NCBI GenBank assembly: GCA_017656185.1
Contig: JACDOK010000001.1
Coordinates: 205 to 64,204 of the forward strand
DNA from: Peptococcaceae bacterium
GTDB taxonomy: Bacteria > Bacillota > Desulfotomaculia > Desulfotomaculales > JACDOK01
Length of the DNA stretch: 64,000 nt
Direction of reading: 5' to 3'
This document shows, piece by piece, positions 30,956 through 38,679 of the stretch. The notes below the pieces were generated by a model. The model saw only the letters and a program-made list of their open reading frames with translations, did not search any database and had not been told where the DNA came from. The translations under genes and the position numbers were made by a program. Numbering within the stretch: the first letter of the stretch is position 1; every line of letters begins with the position of its first letter.

Positions 30956-32221
30956 TTACGGTTGATGGACCTTAACAAAACGCCTGCTGACTCTTTCCCC
31001 TTGATACGAAAACAGGGTCACTTTTTCATCCACAACTGTCTCAAGGTGCACCGGGCGCCCCCACAATTTGTACACGAACGGTAGGGTGTTCTCCAAATAG
31101 TCTATATCCAACTCTGCACCTTCATACGCGTGGCGGAGATATAATTCGCCCCGGTTATTAAAATTTCCGTCCTCCATATAAATTACCGGGTGACCGCAGT
31201 TGACGAGGTTGTTAACGATCGTATCCCGCACGTTCTGCCAACTGCGGTCCAAAACCCGCCATTCTTGACCGATATTAGCATATACGTAAAGATCAAGTTC
31301 TTGAACCAAGTCCTCATTCAAATAATTCCGTATCAATGACAAATCATTGGTATATGAACGCAGCTCAAACAAGGCTTCCCGGCCGTAGCGTTTTTCGATA
31401 TCCTGCCAAATTCGCAGTCCGACAAGGTAGGGATTAAGCTGCCACCGTGAAGGCTGCAGCAGCCCGGCATGCATTTTAGCAAATTCCACAACCTCCTTTT
31501 CTGACAGATCCAAACTGCGTATTATACGTAAGTGCCAGAAAGTAGCCCAACCCTCATTGGTTATTTTCGTTTCCATCAGCGGCCAAAAATACAGCATTTC
31601 ATCTCTGATGATACCGATAATATCGCGCTGCCAATCTTCCAGGTAGTGCGCATGGTGCATGATGTAAAGCAGTAAGTCTTTTTGCGGGCCAGCAGGCGGC
31701 GGCTTTCCTGTGGTTGTGTTTTTTACAAGCCGGTGCGGGTCTATATGCTCCTTAATGGATAACACGGCATCTAAGAACGCTTCCACTTCATCCCGCCCGT
31801 AGCGGGACTCATACTCCCGGATACGAACCGCTGAAGCTTCCATATCGCTCAATTTGTCAGGCGGAGTCAGCGCAAAATACGCGTTATTTTTGAAGAAATC
31901 GCAGTGTGCCAGAACGTGAGCTACGACCAACTTGTTTTCCACGAGGGTATTATCCTGCAGCAAAAAGGCATAGCAGGGATCAGAATTAATCACCAGTTCG
32001 TAGATACGGCTCAGGTTATAATCATACTCTTTCTTTATTCTTTGGAAAGCTTTTCCGAAACTCCAATGTGAAAAACGTGTTGGCATCCCGCAGGCCCCAA
32101 AAGTGTACAAGATTTCCGCCGGGCATATTTCAAACCGCATTTCATAAAAATCCAGACCCAGTTCCTCAGCCTTGGCCATAATTTCATCAATTACCTTTTC
32201 CAAAAAACATGTTTCCGTCAT
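30956..32221 (-). CDS. spoVR: Stage V sporulation protein R (SpoVR/YcgB family)
   Basis: 421-aa ORF; characteristic SpoVR sequence (PTRFSHWSFGK, NEGWATFWH). Confidence 0.9.
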   Translation of the reverse strand: MTETCFLEKVIDEIMAKAEELGLDFYEMRFEICPAEILYTFGACGMPTRFSHWSFGKAFQRIKKEYDYNLSRIYELVINSDPCYAFLLQDNTLVENKLVVAHVLAHCDFFKNNAYFALTPPDKLSDMEASAVRIREYESRYGRDEVEAFLDAVLSIKEHIDPHRLVKNTTTGKPPPAGPQKDLLLYIMHHAHYLEDWQRDIIGIIRDEMLYFWPLMETKITNEGWATFWHLRIIRSLDLSEKEVVEFAKMHAGLLQPSRWQLNPYLVGLRIWQDIEKRYGREALFELRSYTNDLSLIRNYLNEDLVQELDLYVYANIGQEWRVLDRSWQNVRDTIVNNLVNCGHPVIYMEDGNFNNRGELYLRHAYEGAELDIDYLENTLPFVYKLWGRPVHLETVVDEKVTLFSYQGERVSRRFVKVHQP

Positions 32222-32300
32222 ACCGTCACCCCGGCCAACCCTTAATATACTTAATGAAACCTATGCACCGGTAGTTCGTCCGAATTCATTCATAAAAAGT

Positions 32301-32338
32301 ACAAAAAACCCGTATCCACCAAAAACGGGATACGGGTT
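32301..32338 (-). terminator. Rho-independent terminator after pckA
   Basis: Minus strand AACCCGTATCC-(10-nt loop)-GGATACGGGTT followed by TTTTGTACTTTTT. Confidence 0.8.
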
Positions 32339-32372
32339 GGAGGCCTTTCGCCTAGAATTTTACGACTCAACA

Positions 32373-33941
32373 TTAACCGGCACCGGCGGCTGCCCTGGCT
32401 TGCTCGGTAAGCGGCTCTATCGCTGTTATGATTTCCTTTCTTAATCCCGGGTATTTGGCTAACCACGTCCGGCGTTCTGCACGCAGCTTGTTTGTTAATT
32501 CCCGATATTCCTCAGCTGAATAGTAACGGCGTGGATTATAAGGAGTTATGTCAATACCGGGAACATCAACAGGAACCAGGTATCCCCACTCAGGATCACG
32601 ATGCCACTTAATGGTGCCGCGTGCCATTTGTTCCATTATGGTAGTTGACACCTTGATGGTAATATCGATACCCGGTTTCCCGGGGCGGGTACCTATCGAC
32701 CCTGTATTCAAAAGGTAGCACTCAATATCAGGATTGGCCCTCAAGATATCCAGGAGCCGGTTTCCTTCGTCCCATTCAGGTCCTATAATAAAAGGATTGG
32801 TCCCTACCTGCCGCTTCGGCTGACCGGCCCTGGTGGGATCCCCTGCTGAAGTTTCAATAGACTCGCCCAGCATGAAGAAGGCGGCAGCTTGCTCAGGAGA
32901 CAGTTTTGCCACTACAGGTACAATATCGTTACGGCGTGTAATAAAAACAATCCGGTCGGCCTTGGTAAGATCGATGTTTCCATCAGTTCCTTCTACTTCT
33001 CCCCTGAGAATAACACCGCGCCCGTTTGACGTTAACTCATCATTATCAAATTGCACCGTGCCGTCGTCAAGAACCATAATATTTTCAAAAATGGCCCGCG
33101 GTGAAGTAGCGGCATGGTAAAGTACAGTTTGAGACTCATCCAGTCCCTCGGTCTTAATGTAAAAACCGTTCTCGGTCCCGTAACAAAAACCCCGCTCGTT
33201 CATCATCACTACATCGTCCTGCCGGATACCCACGCCTTCCGGGTCCTTGAGCCCGTGATCATGCATTGTAAGCGTGGTTTTGCCGGTGCCGCTTAAGCCG
33301 AATAGGATAAACCCTACCTCATTAATCACGCCATCCTTGTTCTGCACACGTAAGACCTTACTACCGGCGTGAAAGCCCAGCCACCCATGCTTTTTGGCTA
33401 CGTACATCGCCTTACGTAAAAAAGACTTCTTACACTCACCAAAATAGTCAGTTCCTAAAATATAGGTGACACCCGCCTCAGGGTGACAGAAAATGATACG
33501 TTCCGGCCATTCGGGCACATATATGCTTACCAAGTCCGGTTCGCCGTCCTTGTTTTTGGGTGGGAAAAGCATGGTATGCCATTGATAGGGAATACGTGCA
33601 TACTTTTTGGTAATATACAAACGGCAGTGGAGACTGAAGTCATCATGGAGCCCCATTTGGCGGTCCAACCTGATAACTTCTTGATCCTGTAAATAACGAT
33701 GAACCTCATCAGCAAGCGCAGCAGCCTTTTCCGGTTCCATACCCTGCTGGTCCACACCCAGCGTAACACCGTCTTTGACAATATAGGTAAATTTGGCACT
33801 GCGGCTGCGAATTCTCGTAACGTAACTTGCACTGCCAAACTCCGTCGTCTTCTCTTCGTGACGTGCCATTGCTCTTAATTCTTCCGAAGAAGGATTGTCG
33901 ATAATAACCCGTGCTTCAACGGGGCGGCGGAAGGGATGCAT
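32373..33941 (-). CDS. pckA: Phosphoenolpyruvate carboxykinase (ATP)
   Basis: 522-aa ORF with the kinase-1a loop GLSGTGKTTL and PEPCK-ATP family motifs (NGRG, TGS). Confidence 0.85.
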   Translation of the reverse strand: MHPFRRPVEARVIIDNPSSEELRAMARHEEKTTEFGSASYVTRIRSRSAKFTYIVKDGVTLGVDQQGMEPEKAAALADEVHRYLQDQEVIRLDRQMGLHDDFSLHCRLYITKKYARIPYQWHTMLFPPKNKDGEPDLVSIYVPEWPERIIFCHPEAGVTYILGTDYFGECKKSFLRKAMYVAKKHGWLGFHAGSKVLRVQNKDGVINEVGFILFGLSGTGKTTLTMHDHGLKDPEGVGIRQDDVVMMNERGFCYGTENGFYIKTEGLDESQTVLYHAATSPRAIFENIMVLDDGTVQFDNDELTSNGRGVILRGEVEGTDGNIDLTKADRIVFITRRNDIVPVVAKLSPEQAAAFFMLGESIETSAGDPTRAGQPKRQVGTNPFIIGPEWDEGNRLLDILRANPDIECYLLNTGSIGTRPGKPGIDITIKVSTTIMEQMARGTIKWHRDPEWGYLVPVDVPGIDITPYNPRRYYSAEEYRELTNKLRAERRTWLAKYPGLRKEIITAIEPLTEQARAAAGAG

Positions 33942-34156
33942 AGTTTGGGCTCCTTTCTGTTTTTCATAAGTTAGTTAGCTTTTGTATACACATATACAGT
34001 ATATATTAAGCACATAATACCAAAAAGGTGCACTTTATACAACAATAACTTACCGTTTTTGCGATACTATTTGATCATAATAAAACGTTGTCAGAGTCCA
34101 ATAATACAACCTGTAAAAATTTGACTCCTACAGAACAAAAAGCATCCTAGGAGGCT

Positions 34157-35284
34157 TTAACCGAAAAATTTTTTTAGTGCATCATAAACCTCGCCCTTTT
34201 CGCGAATGACCACGGTTATGAATCTTTTATCGGAGATGCTGTTCAGAGTGGTCCTCAGCGTGCTCGTATAATAATAAGGCCCTTCGATTTCCCCGTAACC
34301 CACCAGACTGCATCGTGACACAAGCTTTCTCACAAGTTCAAGGCATAGCTCGTTATCAGAAGAAAGGTTATCACCATCCGAAAAATGGAAAGCATAAATA
34401 TTATGGTCCGCCGGAGGATAACGTTCATCAATAATTTCCAGTGCCTTGCGATAAACCGATGAACACCGCGTACCACCACTTTCTCCTTTGGTAAAAAACT
34501 CATCCTCGTTGGTTTCTTTGGCCTCCGTGTGATGGGCCAGGTACACTATTTCCACGTTACGATACTTCGTACGTAAAAAGCGCTGCACCCAGAAGAAAAA
34601 ACTCCGCGCAATGTATTTTTCAAATGGCCCCATACTCCCGGAGGTGTCCATCATAGCCAGTATTACGGCACTCGTATCAGGACGGTGAACGACGTCCCAG
34701 GTCCTGTAGCGCAGATCTTCCGGAGTCAAGTTGTAAAAACCCGGGTGACCCCGCAAAGCGTTCTTTTTTAACACTTCTAAAATTGTACGCCGCCAATCAA
34801 GATTGCACACTAAACCTTTTTTACGAATATCCTTGAAATCTATACCATCCGCAACCATCTGCCGCTTCTTTTTTGTTTCAAAATTAGGAAGCCGCAGGTC
34901 CTCAAACAGAATATCCTCTAATTCTTCGATAGTAATATCGGTTTCGTAATAATCTATGCCCGGCTCGCGGCCTGCTCCCTTACCAAAACCCTTATCACCC
35001 CACTGGTGTTTATACCCTATCAATTCTCCCACTTCGGTGTTGCCTTCTCCCTGTCCTACTTGTCTTTTTTTATGATAATTAAAGCGAAAACAATACTGTT
35101 TAATTGATCGAATAGGTACCTTTATAGTCTTTTGTCCGTCCGACATCACAATGCTTTCTTCCGTGATAATGCTGGACAGGTTCTTTTGAATGGCCTCCCT
35201 CACTTTTTCCCGGTGTCTCTGCCGGTCTAAATGTCCTTTGCGATGCAGGGACCAATCCTCACGGCTTATTGTAAAGCGAGGCAC
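34157..35284 (-). CDS. yhbH: Sporulation protein YhbH (YeaH/DUF444 family, vWA-like)
   Basis: 375-aa ORF immediately downstream of prkA with the DUF444 pattern (AMMDTSGSM). Confidence 0.9.
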   Translation of the reverse strand: MPRFTISREDWSLHRKGHLDRQRHREKVREAIQKNLSSIITEESIVMSDGQKTIKVPIRSIKQYCFRFNYHKKRQVGQGEGNTEVGELIGYKHQWGDKGFGKGAGREPGIDYYETDITIEELEDILFEDLRLPNFETKKKRQMVADGIDFKDIRKKGLVCNLDWRRTILEVLKKNALRGHPGFYNLTPEDLRYRTWDVVHRPDTSAVILAMMDTSGSMGPFEKYIARSFFFWVQRFLRTKYRNVEIVYLAHHTEAKETNEDEFFTKGESGGTRCSSVYRKALEIIDERYPPADHNIYAFHFSDGDNLSSDNELCLELVRKLVSRCSLVGYGEIEGPYYYTSTLRTTLNSISDKRFITVVIREKGEVYDALKKFFG

Positions 35285-35305
35285 GGTTATCCCTCCACCT
35301 TTATC

Positions 35306-37201
35306 TCAGCGGCTCAACAGACTGCCTACATACCGCAAAAGTTCGGTGGCACAAACCGGGCAGTAACCGTAATCTTTTACCAGACGGGCAGTCACTTCGC
35401 GGATATTCTTCAGCTGTAAGTCGTCCGGTATCCGAGCGGAAGTGGTTAGTTTTAGTACATCTCTAAGATCTGCAAACAGTTTCCTCTCAATAGCCTCGCG
35501 AAGCCGCTCATGACACTTATAATCAAAGCGTTTGCCCTGGCGGGCATAAGCGGATAATCTTATGAGAATTTCCTCTCTAAAACTGGCCTTGGCATTCTCC
35601 GACACTCCAACCTGTTCCTCAATAGCACGCATTAATCTTTCGTCGGGCTCCAATTCCTGACCCGTAATGGGATCCTTAACTCTATGCCCGTTGCAAAAGG
35701 CCTCCACATTATCCAAATAGTTATCAAACAGCGTTTTGGCTGATTCTTCATAAGAATAGATCAGGACCTTCTGCACCTCTTTTTTGGTAATTTCGTCAAA
35801 CTCCCTGCGTGCAATATCCAAATAGTTTAGGTAACGCTCCTTGGTATCCTTGGTTATGGAGGAATGCTGGTCGAGCCCATCTCTTAAAGCCCTTAAGACA
35901 TCGAGAGCAGTAATGCATTGCGACTCGGCCTGTACCAGGGCCGCTGAAAGACGGTTAACAACGTAACGGGGATCCACGCCGTCCATCCCTTCATCGGGGT
36001 GTTCATCTCTTAATCCCCTGACATCTTTCTGGCAAAAACCTTCCACGTCTTCCCCGTTATAAAGTTTCATCTTTTTGACGATATCCATACCCTGTTTCTT
36101 TGATTCCCTCAACCTGGAAAGAACGGCAAACATTGCGGCCGCCCGCAGAGCGTGAGGTGCAATATGAACGTTTTTCAAGTCGCTCTGTTTAATTAGTTTC
36201 TCGTATATTTTAATTTCATCGGAAACTCGGAGGTTATAGGGGATCTTTAAAACGATCATCCGGGAGGCCAGGGCTTCATTTTTTTTATTACTGATAAAAC
36301 TTATATATTCCGACTCGTTAGTGTGGGCTACAATCATTTCATCGGCGTAAATCAAGGCAAACCTCCCTGCCTTGAAGTTGCCTTCCTGCGACAAGCTTAA
36401 CAGGTGCCAGAGAAATTTTTCATCACACTTGAGCATTTCCTGAAATTCCATTATACCTCTATTGGCGATATTAAGCTCACCGTCAAAGCGGTAGGCGCGG
36501 GGATCCGATTCCGTCCCGTATTCGGTAATGGTAGAAAAGTCTATACTGCCGGTAAGCTCAGCAATATCCTGTGACTTCGGGTCGGACGGTGAAAACGTTC
36601 CGATGCCGATACGATCGGCTTCCGATAAAAAGATACGTTCTACAGGAACTTCCTCAATATTGCCATTAAATTCTGTCTCCACGCGCATACGGCAATAGGG
36701 ACAGAGGTCACCCTCCACACGTACTCTGAACTCCTTTTCAAAATCGGCACGCAAATCGTGAGGAATCAAATGCAACGGCTCTTCATGCATCGGACATCCT
36801 TTTATGGCATAAAGCGCTCCCTCATCGGTACGACTGTATCTCTCCAGACCTCTTTTCAGTAAGTTGACTAGGGTTGACTTGCCGCCACTTACCGGCCCTA
36901 CGAGCAGGAGAATACGTTTGCGCACGTCCAAGCGCATCGCCGCGGGGTGCAAATACTCATCCACCAGCCTTGACAAGGTTCGGTCGAGCCCGAACAGTTC
37001 CTCACTGAAAAAGTGATATCTTTTACCATCCGGACCTTTTTCAACGCCGGCAGCCTCGATCATATGATAGATCCTGGCATGGGCCAACCGGGAAATATGC
37101 GGTTTTTCACGTACAAGCTGCAAGTAATCGCTAAACTTACCCTCCCAGACCTTACTGCGCTTGACCTTGCGGTAATCATCCATCAATTCAAAGAATTTCA
37201 A
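35306..37201 (-). CDS. prkA: PrkA family serine protein kinase (AAA+ / kinase-like)
   Basis: 631-aa ORF with Walker A GPVSGGKST. TTG start after GGGAGGGAGGTGA. Confidence 0.9.
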   Translation of the reverse strand: MKFFELMDDYRKVKRSKVWEGKFSDYLQLVREKPHISRLAHARIYHMIEAAGVEKGPDGKRYHFFSEELFGLDRTLSRLVDEYLHPAAMRLDVRKRILLLVGPVSGGKSTLVNLLKRGLERYSRTDEGALYAIKGCPMHEEPLHLIPHDLRADFEKEFRVRVEGDLCPYCRMRVETEFNGNIEEVPVERIFLSEADRIGIGTFSPSDPKSQDIAELTGSIDFSTITEYGTESDPRAYRFDGELNIANRGIMEFQEMLKCDEKFLWHLLSLSQEGNFKAGRFALIYADEMIVAHTNESEYISFISNKKNEALASRMIVLKIPYNLRVSDEIKIYEKLIKQSDLKNVHIAPHALRAAAMFAVLSRLRESKKQGMDIVKKMKLYNGEDVEGFCQKDVRGLRDEHPDEGMDGVDPRYVVNRLSAALVQAESQCITALDVLRALRDGLDQHSSITKDTKERYLNYLDIARREFDEITKKEVQKVLIYSYEESAKTLFDNYLDNVEAFCNGHRVKDPITGQELEPDERLMRAIEEQVGVSENAKASFREEILIRLSAYARQGKRFDYKCHERLREAIERKLFADLRDVLKLTTSARIPDDLQLKNIREVTARLVKDYGYCPVCATELLRYVGSLLSR

Positions 37202-37287
37202 AACGTCACCTCCCTCCCCCGGCGGTACGGCGCAATCCTCTTCTAACTATATGCCTTTAACCTTTGAAAAAGAAGGCGGAAAACGGC

Positions 37288-37421
37288 CCTGATACGTGCG
37301 CGCAAAGCGCGCGCTGTGATACGGGCCTAATGGCCCTGTGATACGTTCGCTCCGCTCACTGAGATACGCTCACTTCGTTATGCTGTCATTTGTTCGCTTT
37401 GCTTGTTGTCATTCGTTCCCC
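37288..37421. repeat. Six degenerate tandem repeats of about 23 bp, each starting CTGTGATACG (decaying to CTGTCATTTG / TTGTCATTCG)
   Basis: Unit starts are at 37288, 37314, 37336, 37359, 37383 and 37406. The first two units carry GC hairpins (GCGCGC-AAAG-CGCGCG, GGGCC-TAAT-GGCCC). Homologous to 20675-20728. Confidence 0.8.
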
Positions 37422-37509
37422 AGCATTCAGTTGGGTGTACATCTCGGGCTTGCCTAAGTGCTGGGCTGTGACACAGTAGTAACACAGTGGTGACACAATA
37501 GTGATACGA
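37418..37509. repeat. Degenerate copy of the 13-mer inverted pair (short hairpin) followed by four tandem 11-bp near-palindromes
   Basis: CCCAGCATTCAG (37419-37430) and CTAAGTGCTGGGC (37454-37466), then CTGTGACACAG TAGTAACACAG TGGTGACACAA TAGTGATACGA (37466-37509). Confidence 0.8.
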
Positions 37510-37613
37510 TAGGATTGTTTGGGGTATTCCTTACGGGTCTAGGCGGGCACTAAGCAAGTTATGGATATTGGGAAGTAGGAGTGGTAATGAAAGATAATAG
37601 GCAAAATGAAACG

Positions 37614-37718
37614 GCCCAGCACTCAGGGCTGATAATGGGAACACGTAGAAATAACTAGGTAACCAAACAAACAATAAATGAGACCTTTCAAGCCCGTGTC
37701 GTTCACTGAGTGCTGGGC
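37614..37718. repeat. Interspersed repeat, copy 3: perfect 13-bp inverted repeat enclosing 79 nt
   Basis: GCCCAGCACTCAG (37614-37626) and CTGAGTGCTGGGC (37706-37718). The interior is alignable to copies 1 and 2 (GCTGATAAT..., AACCAAAC...). Confidence 0.85.
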
Positions 37719-37728
37719 GGCCTTAAAA

Positions 37729-37851
37729 TTAGTTTTTCAACGGTATAACCATATAGTGTTTTTCTTCTTCTAAGACCTTTTCCAACTCGGACTCGGAAAC
37801 AAAACGATACTGCACGTCATCGCCTTCCGGCCAGGTAATCAGGTAATCCAT
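37729..37851 (-). CDS. Possible 40-aa acidic small protein with its own promoter and SD
   Basis: MDYLITWPEGDDVQYRFVSESELEKVLEEEKHYMVIPLKN. SD GGGGGAGGGG lies 7 nt upstream of the ATG. Below the track's 60-aa cutoff. Confidence 0.4.
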   Translation of the reverse strand: MDYLITWPEGDDVQYRFVSESELEKVLEEEKHYMVIPLKN

Positions 37852-37905
37852 CCCTGTTCCCCTCCCCCGGCACATTGTATTACGGTATACAACATACTTT
37901 GTTCG

Positions 37906-37934
37906 ATTCTACCAGACCCACCCGGGGAAAGCAA
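37906..37934 (-). promoter_or_regulatory. Candidate sigma-A promoter TTGCTT-N17-TAGAAT for the 40-aa ORF
   Basis: Minus strand TTGCTTtccccgggtgggtctggTAGAAT, about 55 nt upstream of the small-ORF ATG and just after the gatD stop. Confidence 0.5.
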
Positions 37935-37944
37935 TAGAAAAAAT

Positions 37945-38679
37945 TTATTCCATAATTCCCATTCGCGTTAACATCACCCGGCCGGCTTCCTCTTCCAGGC
38001 GATCATCGAGCGGGGACAAGAAATGATCCCAGCCGCGGCGTTTAAGAGCCAGTTTTAAAAAGTAGTCGGTAAGCTGTGGGTTTTTAGGCAGCAGCGGGCC
38101 GTGAAGATAAGAGCATATAACATTGCGATAACGGGCACCCTCAAAACCATCCTGGCCATTATTCCCAAAACCAACCAGAACCTTGCCAAAAGGTTTGACC
38201 CCGTCACCCAAAAAGGTCTGACCCCCGTGATTTTCGAAACCAGTAACCTTCACCGGATGTCCATCAATTTTGATCTTAACAGCAATATTACCAATCAAAC
38301 GTTTAACCCCGGCCTGGGTATAAAAATCCAGCAACCCGAGACCGGGTATCACACGTCCTCTCAAAGTGCGGTAGTATTTACCCAGTAACTGGTATCCCCC
38401 GCATATGGCGAGGATCGGGACCCCCGCCTCAATGGCTGACCACAGGTTATCCTTCTTACGATCCAGGTCGGCGGCAATCAGATCTTGTTCGCGATCAGAT
38501 CCGCCCCCCAAAAAAATAAAGTCAAAATCACAAAAATCAAGGTTTTCACCTAAACCTACCTGTCGTACCTCTGTTTTAAAGCCCCGCCACTCAGCGCGGC
38601 GTTGAATGGCTATAACATTTCCCCGGTCACCGTACAGGTTCAGTAATTCAGGATAAAGATGACAGATACGCAGTTTTAC
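37945..38679 (-). CDS. gatD: Lipid II isoglutaminyl synthase glutaminase subunit GatD (CobQ-type GATase)
   Basis: The track ORF (188 aa) is N-terminally truncated. The frame stays open back to 38685 and encodes (V)KLRICHLYPELLNLYGDRGNVIAIQRR...DFIFLGGGSDREQ, the conserved GatD N-terminus. There is no ATG/GTG/TTG in that segment (see findings). Confidence 0.85.
   Translation of the reverse strand, partial: VKLRICHLYPELLNLYGDRGNVIAIQRRAEWRGFKTEVRQVGLGENLDFCDFDFIFLGGGSDREQDLIAADLDRKKDNLWSAIEAGVPILAICGGYQLLGKYYRTLRGRVIPGLGLLDFYTQAGVKRLIGNIAVKIKIDGHPVKVTGFENHGGQTFLGDGVKPFGKVLVGFGNNGQDGFEGARYRNVICSYLHGPLLPKNPQLTDYFLKLALKRRGWDHFLSPLDDRLEEEAGRVMLTRMGIME

Noticed and set aside
37288-37421. Regularly spaced repeats of about 23 bp could be mistaken for a small CRISPR array.
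   Set aside because: The units are contiguous degenerate repeats with no unique spacers of constant length. Repeat identity decays along the array. No cas genes or leader are present, and the same units occur singly at other loci.
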